DNA of 64,000 nucleotides from Minisyncoccota bacterium (GCA_041664205.1 JBAYLF010000001.1:3380-67379); one strand, 5' to 3'; numbered from the stretch's first letter, positions 39,202 to 49,653 are shown. Notes: generated by a model from the letters alone, not told the origin. Translations and numbers: made by a program.

Positions 39202-39290
39202 AAGAGTATTATACTACTTTAAAAAAGTGTCCAATATTGACACTAAAGATTATTAATAACCTACTTACTAATTTTAATTTTTTACAAAAA

Positions 39291-39449
39291 TTAAAAACCT
39301 AAAATAGAAGAAACACCGCTAACAATTTCTGCTGGAGTTGTGTCTGTAAGATAGCTTGCAGCTACAACAATAACGAAAAAACTCGCTGAGATTATAGCAA
39401 TAAAACCAAAAAAGAATTTGAAAAACTCTTTATCAAAATATTTAAACAT
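39291..39449 (-). CDS. Small (52 aa) single-TM protein not in the ORF track
   Basis: MFKYFDKEFFKFFFGFIAIISASFFVIVVAASYLTDTTPAEIVSGVSSILGF; starts 5 nt after the TPR gene stop. Confidence 0.6.
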   Translation of the reverse strand: MFKYFDKEFFKFFFGFIAIISASFFVIVVAASYLTDTTPAEIVSGVSSILGF

Positions 39450-39454
39450 AAATT

Positions 39455-40159
39455 TTATAAAGTTTTTAGAAAATCTCTAAGCTCTGAACTTGAAGGATTT
39501 ACTTTTATTCCATCTTCTATAATTGATTTAGCTTTAGATGTATTCTTCAAAACATCGCGATAAAATTCTGCTACTTGGAAATAGAGATATACTTGTTGTG
39601 AACCATTTTTCAAAGCCTGAAGATAATTTGCTTCTGCTTTAACATTATCTTTAAGATAATAACCATAAAGATTTCCTAGATTTCCAAAAGATACGTAATC
39701 ATTAAGAGTAATTTTTGAAGCATATTCCCAAGCAGATGCAGCTTGTAAATAATCCCCTGCCATCTTTAGATTAGAACCTAAATTCATCCATACTTCTGGC
39801 TGTTTAGGATCTTTCTTTAAATTATCACGGAGAGTGTTTATGTTTTTTGTTAATTGATCTTTAGCAACATTATCTAATGCAGAATTAAAGTTAATTGATT
39901 TATTAAGATCTGGCACAGGTATTTGCTCTTCTGTTGGAACTTGTTCAATTGTAAAATTACCCCCTTCAGAGACTTCGGCTGTAACACCACCGACATCAAC
40001 AGTTCTTGTAGAAGTTGAAGTATTGTCAGTAGTTGCCGATTGATTTTCTTGATTTGTTTTGTTAACAGGTGAAGCTGATTTATAAAATTTAAAATAACAT
40101 AAAGCAATAATTGCCAATGTAACAATAACAACTAATATAATGATTTGATTTTTTCTCAT
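39455..40159 (-). CDS. Membrane-anchored TPR protein
   Basis: N-terminal TM; TPR-like WMNLG..AGDY..A, FGNLGNLY..AE.NY..AL. Confidence 0.8.
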   Translation of the reverse strand: MRKNQIIILVVIVTLAIIALCYFKFYKSASPVNKTNQENQSATTDNTSTSTRTVDVGGVTAEVSEGGNFTIEQVPTEEQIPVPDLNKSINFNSALDNVAKDQLTKNINTLRDNLKKDPKQPEVWMNLGSNLKMAGDYLQAASAWEYASKITLNDYVSFGNLGNLYGYYLKDNVKAEANYLQALKNGSQQVYLYFQVAEFYRDVLKNTSKAKSIIEDGIKVNPSSSELRDFLKTL

Positions 40160-40232
40160 ACAATATATTATATTTGCTTACTACAATAAAGTCCAGTTGC
40201 TCATTGGTATCTGCTCGCTACCCCGAGTAACG

Positions 40233-40304
40233 TGTCATTCCCATGCAGGCAGTAATCTAGAGTATAAAGATGAAAACTAGATTCCCGCCTGCGCGGGAAT
40301 GACA
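40233..40304. repeat. dRS3/CGTC-type REP-like dimer (left unit degenerate)
   Basis: TGTCATTCCCATGCAGGCAGTAATCTAG...CTAGATTCCCGCCTGCGCGGGAATGACA. Confidence 0.8.
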
Positions 40305-40381
40305 GAAAAAGTTTAAGAATTGACAATATTAGACCTATTTCAAAAGTCCGTGTTCGCGCTCTTTCAAGATTTTTTGTATAG

Positions 40382-40408
40382 CAAAAACACCCCTTTCGGG
40401 GTGTTTTT
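40382..40408 (-). terminator. Terminator of the S-layer-like gene
   Basis: AAAAACACCCC-TTTC-GGGGTGTTTTT. Confidence 0.8.
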
Positions 40409-40450
40409 GAGCCTTCATCTAAACTAAGTCTAGATAAACACAAGTGGCTA

Positions 40451-43400
40451 TTAGTTTGATCGTGTTTGACTCAAACCGTTTGATGGGAATCCTGGCAATG
40501 CAAATCCGTTTGTCCAATCATTAGCTGTAAGAGCTGATGTTGTTGTTGCATTTGGTGACCAGTAGAAAGCAGGTCGTGTATTGTCAGCTGAAGCTGCGTA
40601 TTTTCCTGTCAAACCTGTTGTGGATGACATGAATCCGTAGCCTGATGCTGCTGTACCAAGTGATCTTACACCGTTTGTGTATGATGTATCACCATTCAAA
40701 GTTGTTGTAACTGAGTAACTAGTTGCTGAACCAGTAACAGTTGCTCGAACTTCAAAGTATCTTGTTGCGCCAGCTGGAACCTGAAGTGTTGTAGTTGCTG
40801 ATCCAGTTGTTTGAGGTGCAATTATAAGATATGGGGTAACTGCTATGTCTTGGTTATTTGGCTCTTGGTTAAGATCCATCATTTGTCCTCCTGTTCCTAC
40901 ACCTGTTACTGCTTGTGAGTAACCTGCATCAGTAAATGCGTAAACGTTTACCGCAGATACTGTTGCTGATGTTGTTGATATGGAGAACTTGAACTTTGAA
41001 AGTCCTATTGGTCCATGACTATCAGCTGTAACTTTGAATCTCATTAATCGTCCGTCAGCAACACCTAGTGATGATAACGTATCGATTGCTAGTGTTGGGA
41101 ATGATTTAAACATTCTTACACCTGAAACTGCTGTTGAACCTGTTCCTTCAATAGTTGTGCCTGATGAAGCTCCTGTTCCTTGAGCACTGTTGTAATCAAT
41201 TGCAATTAAGTGACCTTGTGTACCTGTTTGTGAAGTACCAATGTTTGCCAAGTTTGCTTTGATTGTCAACACTGTGTCAGTGTCTTTTGCTAGAACAACT
41301 GGTGTTGCAAATGTTGAGGTTGCAGTTGTAGCTGAACCTGTAAATGTTGCTACACCTACCAATGTTGCACCATTGTAGACTGATACCTGTGTAAGGTCTG
41401 ATGATGAACTTGATGCTGTGTTTGTTAGAGCAAGACCGATTTTATTTAGGTTTACTGCTTCATCTGTAGGTCTGAACTTTATAACGCCCATTACTACATC
41501 TGATGAACCAGCTGCTGCTACAGAGTATGAAGGACTTGAAGAATCTAATGATACTGCAAGTGTTCCATAAGATGAAAGTGTCATTAATTGACCTGCATTG
41601 TCATTCTCTGTAATTGTTGCTGACTGTCCTGAAGTCTTACCAGTTGCTGTAGGTGATGATGCTGAATCATAACCCCATTTGTATGAACCGGTTGCGCCTC
41701 CAGCTATATCACACTTAAGTGAAAGTGTTTTTACAGTTCCTTTTGCGATCGTGATTGGAGCGTCAAAAGTAAATGCTGATGATGAAGCTGCTGCTGTTGG
41801 GTTCTTTGCATTTGAACCTGTTGTTAGTGAAGTTGCTCCATCATAAAGCTGACAGTTTGTAAGATTTGTTGCTGTTGAAGCACCAATGTTGTATTCCAAT
41901 GGAAGTGAAGACATTGATAGATCTTCTCCTGAAAGTGATGCGTCTAATTGATAGTTAGCGAATATGAAACTTGAACCACCTACAACTGTTTGAGCAAGTG
42001 GGTTTGCTGATACGCTAATTGTCACTGATGCAGCTTTTGCAGTCATAGCATTAGATGTAACTGCTGTTGTTGGAGCTGCTGTGATTGAATTTCCTGTTGA
42101 TTGACCTGTAACTGATGTCCATTGTGATGAAGGTGTTGTGTTTAGTTGTACAGTATCATCATTTGAGAATGTTGTTCCAAGTTTACCCTTAACTGTGTAT
42201 GTGTGAATTCCTACTGGGAATGTCACTGTGTTTGTAAAGGTAACTAAACTTGCTGTTGCGTCAACTGGACCTGCAACAATTGCTCCATTCTCATCAAACA
42301 ATGAAATACCTGTGATATCTGTTGTTGATGTTGAGTTAGAGAATTTGATTGATGCAACTGATACTGGCTCACCTTTTACTTCAACTGTGAATCCGCCTAA
42401 TGGCTGATTTGAAAGGTTGATAGCAACGTTTTGAGCTGCTACAGTATTAGACTTTGAAACTGTGATTGTTCCAGCCGAAACTGTAACAATTGAAGCATCA
42501 TACCAAGGATTTGTTGCTGCGAATCCTGTTCCTGATGTAGGAGGTGTTATTCCGTATCCGTATAGATCACCTGTTACATTAAGGTCAGTGTTTCGATAAA
42601 GATCGAAAGCGATTGTTCTTCCTGAACCGCTTACGATATCACCTTTGATTGAAATCTCTGATGACATTCCTTTATCAAGAAGAATTGATGGTGAGAATGA
42701 AGCTGTGTAGTATTTACCATCTGATGAAACTACTGTTGGGTATGAAACACCATCAACGATAGTTACTACATTAGCAAGATCTCCTGATCCTACTGAACCT
42801 GATTGGTTCCATCGGATTGAATTTATTCTTACTTTCTCGTTTGAACCTGCTGTGATTCTTACTGAAGAGAAAGTGTATCCTGTGTTACCAACATTCTTTG
42901 TCTGATCTCCTGCTGGATCAAGTGGACCTCGTTGGTTTGTAATTGTTCCAATTGAAAGTGTTGCGTTAATTGTGTGTGCTGCTCCTACTATTGGAAGAGC
43001 ACCGGCTACTGTTGCTGAAGAGTTAACTGCTACTACTGCTAGCTGTGGAACTTCACCTGCCTTTACTGTTGCTACTGCTGCTAGAGTACCTGCAATTGTT
43101 ACTACTTTAGATTGTCCTGCTTTTATAACAAATGGTGTTGAAAGAATTGCTTGATGATTTGAATCAAGAGTCTTTTCTAGGCCAATTTGTGTACCGTTCT
43201 CATCTAAGAGATCGATACCAACGAAGTTTACATCTTGTGCAAGACCTCGTCTTTCAACAGTAATGCTATTTACTGTAACATCTCCGTCAGTTGAAGCTGA
43301 GAGTCTCACTTTTGTGAATGGAACTCTTGCTGCTGTTGCTGGTGCTAGAGAGTTAGCTGGTTGAACATCTGCTGAAACAGTTAATCCTGTTCCTGATGTT

Positions 43401-43933
43401 GCTGGTGTGCCAGGTGTTACTGGTGTTACTGGTGTTGTTGGAGTAGTTGCTGCGCAAAGAGCATTAAGTTTTGCTCTTGTTGTTACTCCTACATAACCTG
43501 TTCCTGATGTAAGACCTAGTGGTGCTAATATTTCAGATGCATAGTGATTCTGGAAATTCTTTACAGCAGCCTTTGTAAGACCACCGAAATAAGTTGACTC
43601 ATTTCCTTTTGAACCTACGCCTGCTGAAGCTACTTGAGTAGCTGGGTTTGCATTAAGAGCTACTTGCAATTGTCTTACTGCTTCACCTGTTGAACCTACT
43701 GTAAGGTTGCTTGTGAATGTATAAGAACATGCTCCTCCTGTTGAACCTCCTGTTGTTGCATTAAGCTGTGCTTGCAAAGACTGAATTGTTGCAAGAAGAC
43801 TTTGAATTTGTGCTTGAAGATCAGATGCACTCTGCGCATTTGCAGGAACAACTGCTACTCCAGCCACAAGACTCAAAACCATAGCGGTACCCAAAAAAGC
43901 GGCACCAAGTTTTGCTAAATGTGTTTTTAACAT
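40451..43933 (-). CDS. Large S-layer-like surface protein with an N-terminal peptidoglycan-binding domain
   Basis: Signal peptide, coiled coil LQAQIQSLL, FTSNLTVGSTG..VRQLQ..YFGGLTKAAVKNFQ, Thr/Ser/Ala-rich beta domains, strongly biased codon use. Confidence 0.8.
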   Translation of the reverse strand: MLKTHLAKLGAAFLGTAMVLSLVAGVAVVPANAQSASDLQAQIQSLLATIQSLQAQLNATTGGSTGGACSYTFTSNLTVGSTGEAVRQLQVALNANPATQVASAGVGSKGNESTYFGGLTKAAVKNFQNHYASEILAPLGLTSGTGYVGVTTRAKLNALCAATTPTTPVTPVTPGTPATSGTGLTVSADVQPANSLAPATAARVPFTKVRLSASTDGDVTVNSITVERRGLAQDVNFVGIDLLDENGTQIGLEKTLDSNHQAILSTPFVIKAGQSKVVTIAGTLAAVATVKAGEVPQLAVVAVNSSATVAGALPIVGAAHTINATLSIGTITNQRGPLDPAGDQTKNVGNTGYTFSSVRITAGSNEKVRINSIRWNQSGSVGSGDLANVVTIVDGVSYPTVVSSDGKYYTASFSPSILLDKGMSSEISIKGDIVSGSGRTIAFDLYRNTDLNVTGDLYGYGITPPTSGTGFAATNPWYDASIVTVSAGTITVSKSNTVAAQNVAINLSNQPLGGFTVEVKGEPVSVASIKFSNSTSTTDITGISLFDENGAIVAGPVDATASLVTFTNTVTFPVGIHTYTVKGKLGTTFSNDDTVQLNTTPSSQWTSVTGQSTGNSITAAPTTAVTSNAMTAKAASVTISVSANPLAQTVVGGSSFIFANYQLDASLSGEDLSMSSLPLEYNIGASTATNLTNCQLYDGATSLTTGSNAKNPTAAASSSAFTFDAPITIAKGTVKTLSLKCDIAGGATGSYKWGYDSASSPTATGKTSGQSATITENDNAGQLMTLSSYGTLAVSLDSSSPSYSVAAAGSSDVVMGVIKFRPTDEAVNLNKIGLALTNTASSSSSDLTQVSVYNGATLVGVATFTGSATTATSTFATPVVLAKDTDTVLTIKANLANIGTSQTGTQGHLIAIDYNSAQGTGASSGTTIEGTGSTAVSGVRMFKSFPTLAIDTLSSLGVADGRLMRFKVTADSHGPIGLSKFKFSISTTSATVSAVNVYAFTDAGYSQAVTGVGTGGQMMDLNQEPNNQDIAVTPYLIIAPQTTGSATTTLQVPAGATRYFEVRATVTGSATSYSVTTTLNGDTSYTNGVRSLGTAASGYGFMSSTTGLTGKYAASADNTRPAFYWSPNATTTSALTANDWTNGFALPGFPSNGLSQTRSN

Positions 43934-44509
43934 ATTTTTAATATTAATAACTCCTACATTCTTAATTAATAAACGTAATGAATGAGAAGCTATTTTTACA
44001 CACGAATTAAACTAGACTCGACTTCTAATATACATCGTATGTGTTGACATAAAATTTATTAATAAATTTTATGTCGTGCGACTTATTATCTGAAAATTAT
44101 TTCAAATAACATTCGCAGACTACTCAAAACCGTCTTATATTTTATCGACACAAGACGATTAGATTAGTTAATAATAAAGACCGAATTTTCTCTCTTAAAC
44201 AATCATAAACAGAACAAAGAAATTTCTGAAATTTTTTAAAAATCGACATATAAAACTTCTAAAAAAATAGAGGCTTCTTAATGTGATTTTTTAAGAATAA
44301 ACAACGACTTAGTATTTGTATTCTTTTGTCAATGATCCGCTTCGTTCCGCAAATATATTGGCTTAAAACCAATATCCATAAACAAAGCTCGTAGATAGCA
44401 ATAATACTAAATTATTACTAAAAATACAAGTGTCTAGTGGGTTTTCACTATCTTTGCAGTATATAAGCAATGTCGCACATAAAAATACGAATTCATTACT
44501 TGTAACATT

Positions 44510-44555
44510 ATTATATCTTTAGCCATAAAAACCTGCAAAATATAAGTGTGGATAA
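44510..44555 (-). promoter_or_regulatory. Sigma70-type promoter of the S-layer-like gene with an adjacent DnaA box
   Basis: TTGCAG (44533-44538), 17-nt spacer, TATAAT (44510-44515); TGTGGATAA at 44547-44555. Confidence 0.6.
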
Positions 44556-44659
44556 GTTGTGAAGACGTTTTTTAAGAAAATATGTTTGCTATTTTTTAAC
44601 AAAAAAGACAAAAAAGCCTTACTTGGCTTGGTTTTTTAGACTATAGAATTTAAACTAAT

Positions 44660-45475
44660 TTAAATTATAGAATATTTACTCCATCTTCTTTCTCCTTCTT
44701 TTTTTAAAAACCCTTGATTTACTAACGATAAAAGCTCTCTTTGAATGGTTTTTTCACTACAATCATTAAAAAGAATTGCTATATCCTTTATGCTCAAAGA
44801 ACCCTTTGTTTTTAAAATACTAACTATCACTTCTTTCCTCCTATTTTGGGGAGAATTTTTCTGATATTCATCTTTTGAAAGAAGAGGTGTATCATCACCA
44901 TAATTTTTGTTGTTTATAGGCTTAATTTTGTGAGTAAAATCTGGCTTTATAGCCTTGATTTCTATTGTTTTTTCGTCATTTTTTAAAGCAGGCACTGAAT
45001 TAAAATTCTTGTTTATTTCTTTGTTATCTTTCTCTGCAAAAAAGAAATCGCTACTCAAAGTTAATTCCCTATTAAAATCAGTGCTCTTTAATTTAGACAC
45101 AATATTACTGACTAAATTAAACTCATTTTTCAAGATATTTAAATTAACTTCAGAAATAATTTTCGAAACAAAAGCTATATCGAAAAATATGAGCGTATTA
45201 TTAAAATTTTCTAAGACTCTTTTTTTTATATCTACGTGATCTGATGTTTTTGTAAAGGACATAATTAAAGATAGCAGGTCTATACCTTCTGAACGAATCT
45301 TCCATTTCAAAGATTCTTTGTCCGATAGATGATTGGTAACTAGATGCATAGCAGCAACCAATCTTTCTGTCTTTTTGATTAAATACTCATATCCATCATT
45401 CAGAAAAATATCTGGCTTGATTTCAGTTCCGTTATTATAATTAGCTTTAAATTCTTTTGAATAATTAGATTCCAT
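44660..45475 (-). CDS. Protein with an N-terminal helical bundle and a C-terminal DeoR-like winged HTH
   Basis: C-terminal RRKEVIVSILK..LSIKDI...CSEKTIQRELLSLV..G.LKKEGERRWSKY. Confidence 0.8.
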   Translation of the reverse strand: MESNYSKEFKANYNNGTEIKPDIFLNDGYEYLIKKTERLVAAMHLVTNHLSDKESLKWKIRSEGIDLLSLIMSFTKTSDHVDIKKRVLENFNNTLIFFDIAFVSKIISEVNLNILKNEFNLVSNIVSKLKSTDFNRELTLSSDFFFAEKDNKEINKNFNSVPALKNDEKTIEIKAIKPDFTHKIKPINNKNYGDDTPLLSKDEYQKNSPQNRRKEVIVSILKTKGSLSIKDIAILFNDCSEKTIQRELLSLVNQGFLKKEGERRWSKYSII

Positions 45476-45615
45476 AGATTTACTCCTATGTCTTTTAAGA
45501 GTTCCTAAAAGACATTGATATTCTTGTGTCTTTTACAGATTTAACAATTGTCCTTTATATTTTTAACAGCTCTTTTTTTAAATTAGTGTCTTTTAAGAAA
45601 AGTATATATCGGACA
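45253..45615. repeat. Cluster of nine TGTCYKWTA-type 9-mers in both orientations
   Basis: Copies start at 45253, 45319, 45368 (1 mismatch), 45489, 45506, 45527, 45549, 45587 and 45607. Confidence 0.65.
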
Positions 45616-45739
45616 ATCTATACTGTAAAGAATTCTTTAATCTTTATATCTGTGTTGAAATATTTGGTTTCCATTAATTTTTATGTTTTGTTAAGAAATA
45701 TTTTAATAAAATGAGTATTTTGTTATATAATTAAGACAA

Positions 45740-47938
45740 ATGAGAAAAAAAGAAAACGATCTAGATAATAATAAAGATGTAGAAGTTTCTACTCACAAAA
45801 GAAAGAGTCTTAAAGATGAAACTAAACACGGAATACTAACGGTAAGCTTCTTTGCCTTATCTATATTTTTTATTCTAGCGTCTTTTAATGTTGCTGGCAG
45901 TGCGGGAGATTATATTTATTCAATACTTTCAATTCTTTTAGGTATTGGATATTTCCTTATTCCTATATTGCTTATAATATTATCTGTCTCTCTAATTAAA
46001 TTAAAAGAACATTTTGTTGTTTCGAAAGCAATTGGAGCATCAATATTTTTAATCTCATCATTAGGAATTATTGAAATTTTAGATAAAGATTCTGGAGGTA
46101 TCTTGGGACGATTTATTGCTTGGCCTTTTTTAAGTTTGTTTGATTACTATGCTTCATTAATATTTTTAATAGCTATTTTTATAATTTCGATCCTCACTAT
46201 TTTTGATACTAAATTAAATTTAGAATCTATCTTAATGTGGATTAAAAAATTATTTAAAAAAGAAACCAACGAAGATCAAGTTTGTTTTGATCCAGACAGT
46301 GTAAAACCTGAAAATGTTTCAAAAATAGAAGAAGAACTATCTAAAAAAGAATCTTCAGAAATGAAAGTTTCTGGAGCATTTAATGAAAAAAATAAAAAAG
46401 ACGATTTGCAGGAAATATTTAATCCTCACCTAGTTCCATTTTTATCAAAAGAATATATACCTCCTCCCCTATCAATTCTTCAAGGAGATCGTGGTAAGCC
46501 TGGAGTTGGAGATATAAAAGCAAATGCAAATATAATAAAAAGAACATTCGCAAACTTCGGCATAGATGTAGAAATGGATGAAGTATGTATAGGCCCAACA
46601 GTAACAAGATACTCATTGAAACCTGCTGAAGGAGTAAAACTTTCACGCATCATAGGACTTCAAAATAATCTTTCCTTAGCGCTTGCCGCTCACCCTCTAC
46701 GTATAGAAGCTCCAATCCCAGGAAAATCATTAGTAGGAATTGAAGTTCCAAATAGTGCAAAAACAATAGTTGGACTATCTAATCTTCTTTCTGCTGAAGA
46801 ATTTAGAAATTCTGATAAGCCTCTTCTAATAACTTTAGGAAAGGACATTACTGGTAAATCTCACTTCGCCAATATAGCAAAAATGCCTCACATGCTTATT
46901 GCAGGTGCAACTGGCTCTGGAAAATCAGTTACAATTCATGCCATTATCGCTTCCCTTCTTTACCGAAACTCTCCTGAAAATCTAAGATTCATAATGATAG
47001 ATCCAAAGCGAGTTGAGTTAACACTCTACAATAAAATTCCACACCTACTAACTCCTGTTATTACAGATGCTAAAAAAGCAGTTCTGACACTTAAGTGGGC
47101 AACAAAAGAAATGGATCGAAGACTTGATATTCTTGAAGCTGAAGCAGTTAGAGATATTCAGTCATACCATAAAAATGTTTTAGAACCAGAACTTAAAAAA
47201 ATAGAAAATAAAAAGAGCGATGGCACATATAATTCAAAAATGGATATTTTGCCAGAAACAATGCCTTACATTGTAATTATTATCGATGAGTTGGCAGATA
47301 TTATGCAAACATATCCAAGAGAGTTTGAAGCCGTTATTGTGCGCCTAGCTCAAATGAGTCGCGCTGTCGGAATTCATCTTGTTCTCTCTACCCAAAGACC
47401 TTCAGTTAATGTCATCACTGGATTGATCAAAGCAAACATTCCAGGACGCGTCGCGTTGCAAGTTTCATCACAAATAGATTCACGAACCATCTTAGATACT
47501 GGCGGAGCAGAAAAATTATTAGGCGCAGGAGATATGCTTTATCTTTCAGGTGAAATGGCTAACCCTCATCGTATCCAATCAGCATTTATTACAGAAGAAG
47601 AAGTTAAAAAAATAACAAAATATCTAGCAGATAATTATGAAAGCCTACCTAGCGAACTTAATCTTACGGGTGAAAATGTTAGCGAATCCGGTAGTCCTTC
47701 CCTTTCCAATGATATAGATGACATAGACGATGACCTATATGAAGCAGCAAGAGAAGAAGTAATAAAAGCAGGAAAAGCTTCAACTTCTTATCTTCAACGA
47801 AAACTTCGAATCGGATATGCTCGAGCTGCAAGTATTGTAGATATGCTTGAAGAAAGAGGTGTTATCGGACCAGCTGATGGATCAAGACCAAGAGAAGTTA
47901 TCGACGCGGGAGTTCCGTCGGATGACATGATAGAATAG
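45740..47938 (+). CDS. ftsK: DNA translocase FtsK/SpoIIIE
   Basis: Four-TM N-terminus, PHMLIAGATGSGKS, IIDELAD, gamma domain LQRKLRIGYARAA. Confidence 0.97.
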   Translation: MRKKENDLDNNKDVEVSTHKRKSLKDETKHGILTVSFFALSIFFILASFNVAGSAGDYIYSILSILLGIGYFLIPILLIILSVSLIKLKEHFVVSKAIGASIFLISSLGIIEILDKDSGGILGRFIAWPFLSLFDYYASLIFLIAIFIISILTIFDTKLNLESILMWIKKLFKKETNEDQVCFDPDSVKPENVSKIEEELSKKESSEMKVSGAFNEKNKKDDLQEIFNPHLVPFLSKEYIPPPLSILQGDRGKPGVGDIKANANIIKRTFANFGIDVEMDEVCIGPTVTRYSLKPAEGVKLSRIIGLQNNLSLALAAHPLRIEAPIPGKSLVGIEVPNSAKTIVGLSNLLSAEEFRNSDKPLLITLGKDITGKSHFANIAKMPHMLIAGATGSGKSVTIHAIIASLLYRNSPENLRFIMIDPKRVELTLYNKIPHLLTPVITDAKKAVLTLKWATKEMDRRLDILEAEAVRDIQSYHKNVLEPELKKIENKKSDGTYNSKMDILPETMPYIVIIIDELADIMQTYPREFEAVIVRLAQMSRAVGIHLVLSTQRPSVNVITGLIKANIPGRVALQVSSQIDSRTILDTGGAEKLLGAGDMLYLSGEMANPHRIQSAFITEEEVKKITKYLADNYESLPSELNLTGENVSESGSPSLSNDIDDIDDDLYEAAREEVIKAGKASTSYLQRKLRIGYARAASIVDMLEERGVIGPADGSRPREVIDAGVPSDDMIE

Positions 47939-47973
47939 TATAGATTAAAAATTCATCGTAAATTCCAAATTTT

Positions 47974-48005
47974 TCTGTCATTCTCGCTTTTGCGAGAATG
48001 ACAGA
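47974..48005. repeat. Single-unit variant of the dRS3-like repeat
   Basis: TCTGTCATTCTCGC-TTTT-GCGAGAATGACAGA. Confidence 0.65.
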
Positions 48006-48047
48006 TTTAATATTTTTCAAATTTTAAAATTCTGCCAAAAATAAATT

Positions 48048-48503
48048 ATGTTTAACTTAGAAAGAAAAAATCCGGTAGTATTGATAAAAACCTCAATTCT
48101 ATTAATTGTAGTTATCTTCATAGTAAGCTATGGATTCTATCAAGCGCGAAATATTATTGCCAAACCTCAGATAGAAATAACGGGGCCTAAAGACGGATCT
48201 GTTTTTACAAAATCTTTTATCGAAATTGATGGCAAAACAAAAAACATTAATTTTATTTCTTTGAATGATAGACCTATATTTGTTACCGAAGACGGCACTT
48301 TTAAAGAGCAATTGCTCCTCCTACCCGGCTATAATATAATGAAATTTTATGCAAAAGATAAGTTCGGAAGAGAAGTGGTAAAAACTCTTGAATTGATGTA
48401 TAAAGAACAGAACAAAGAAGGTACAACTACCCCGGCAACAACATCAACGATGTCTACATCGACACAAAAAGTAAGCACTTCTACTGAAAAATCTAAAAAA
48501 TAA
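48048..48503 (+). CDS. Membrane-anchored Ig-like domain protein
   Basis: TM followed by P.IEI..P.DG...LLPGYN..AKDKFG. Confidence 0.75.
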   Translation: MFNLERKNPVVLIKTSILLIVVIFIVSYGFYQARNIIAKPQIEITGPKDGSVFTKSFIEIDGKTKNINFISLNDRPIFVTEDGTFKEQLLLLPGYNIMKFYAKDKFGREVVKTLELMYKEQNKEGTTTPATTSTMSTSTQKVSTSTEKSKK

Positions 48504-48541
48504 TTATTAAAATTATAAGAATTAATAAAAAAATAATAGAT

Positions 48542-49567
48542 ATGGCAAAAAAACCAAACGAAAAAGAAAAAGTGCTCAAAAGCGAAAGACCACTCGCAAG
48601 CATAGAAGATACAATTAAAGATATAAAAACAAAGTTCGGCGATGATGCAATAATGAAACTTGGTGAAAAACCTAAAGTTGATATCAACGCAATTCCAACA
48701 GGATCGATCGGTCTTGATGCAGCGCTCGGAGTCGGCGGTTTGCCAAGAGGAAGAATAATTGAAATTTTTGGACCAGAATCATCTGGAAAAACTACCCTAT
48801 CGCTTCACGTTGTTGCGGAAGCTCAAAAGAAAGGTGGCATTTGTGCTTTTATTGATGCTGAACACGCTATGGATCCTGAATACTCTAAAAAACTTGGTGT
48901 AAAAATAGACGAACTTCTAATTTCCCAACCAGACACAGGAGAACAGGCACTTGAAATTGTTGAAAGCCTTGTTCGTTCAGGAAAGCTTGATGTAATCGTT
49001 ATTGACTCAGTTGCCGCATTAACTCCAAAAGATGAAATTGAGGGCGATATGGGAGCGTCACACATGGGTAAACAAGCCCGTCTGATGTCTCAAGCACTCC
49101 GAAAACTCACAGCTATCGTAGCAAGAAGCAAAACCATTGTTATCTTTATTAACCAAATAAGAATGCAGATTGGCGTTATGTTTGGAAATCCAGAAACAAC
49201 TCCAGGCGGAAAAGCTTTGAAATTTTATACATCAGTAAGACTTGATATCCGCAGAATCGCCCAAATCAAAAAAGGAGAAGAAATTGTTGGGGGACGAGTT
49301 AGAGTTAAGGTTGTAAAGAACAAGGTTGCGGCTCCATTTAAGCAAACAGAGTTCGATCTTATGTATAACGAAGGCATCTCTAAAGAAGGAGAAATCATAG
49401 CTTTGGGAGAAAAATACGAGATCATCACAAAATCTGGTTCCTCATATGCTTTCGGAGAAGAAAAACTAGGACGAGGCTACGATGCCACGCGAACATATCT
49501 AAAAGAAAATCCAAAAATTTCCGACACAATACTCAAACAAATCCGAGAAAAACTTAAAGAACTCTAA
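48542..49567 (+). CDS. recA: Recombinase RecA
   Basis: [34 protein letters not shown]. Confidence 0.99.
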   Translation: MAKKPNEKEKVLKSERPLASIEDTIKDIKTKFGDDAIMKLGEKPKVDINAIPTGSIGLDAALGVGGLPRGRIIEIFGPESSGKTTLSLHVVAEAQKKGGICAFIDAEHAMDPEYSKKLGVKIDELLISQPDTGEQALEIVESLVRSGKLDVIVIDSVAALTPKDEIEGDMGASHMGKQARLMSQALRKLTAIVARSKTIVIFINQIRMQIGVMFGNPETTPGGKALKFYTSVRLDIRRIAQIKKGEEIVGGRVRVKVVKNKVAAPFKQTEFDLMYNEGISKEGEIIALGEKYEIITKSGSSYAFGEEKLGRGYDATRTYLKENPKISDTILKQIREKLKEL

Positions 49568-49653
49568 AAAAAATCAATCGCTACACTACCCTGTAGCGAT
49601 TGATTTTTAAAGTTTATATGGTAGATTAAGCTTAATAAATAACAGCAAATAAC

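Noticed and set aside
40201-40443. 80-aa ORF
   Set aside because: It spans a terminator and a REP-like repeat, so it is spurious.
43405-43450. Short tandem repeat (GGTGTTACT-like units) in the S-layer-like gene
   Set aside because: It encodes an ordinary Pro/Thr linker (TTPTTPVTPVTPGTP); the units are in frame, so it is not a phase-variation tract.
45253-45615. CRISPR array interpretation of the 9-mer cluster
   Set aside because: The repeats are too short, in mixed orientation and irregularly spaced, and there are no cas genes.
45526-45714. 62-aa plus-strand ORF
   Set aside because: Low-complexity AT-rich translation of the repeat-containing divergent promoter region.
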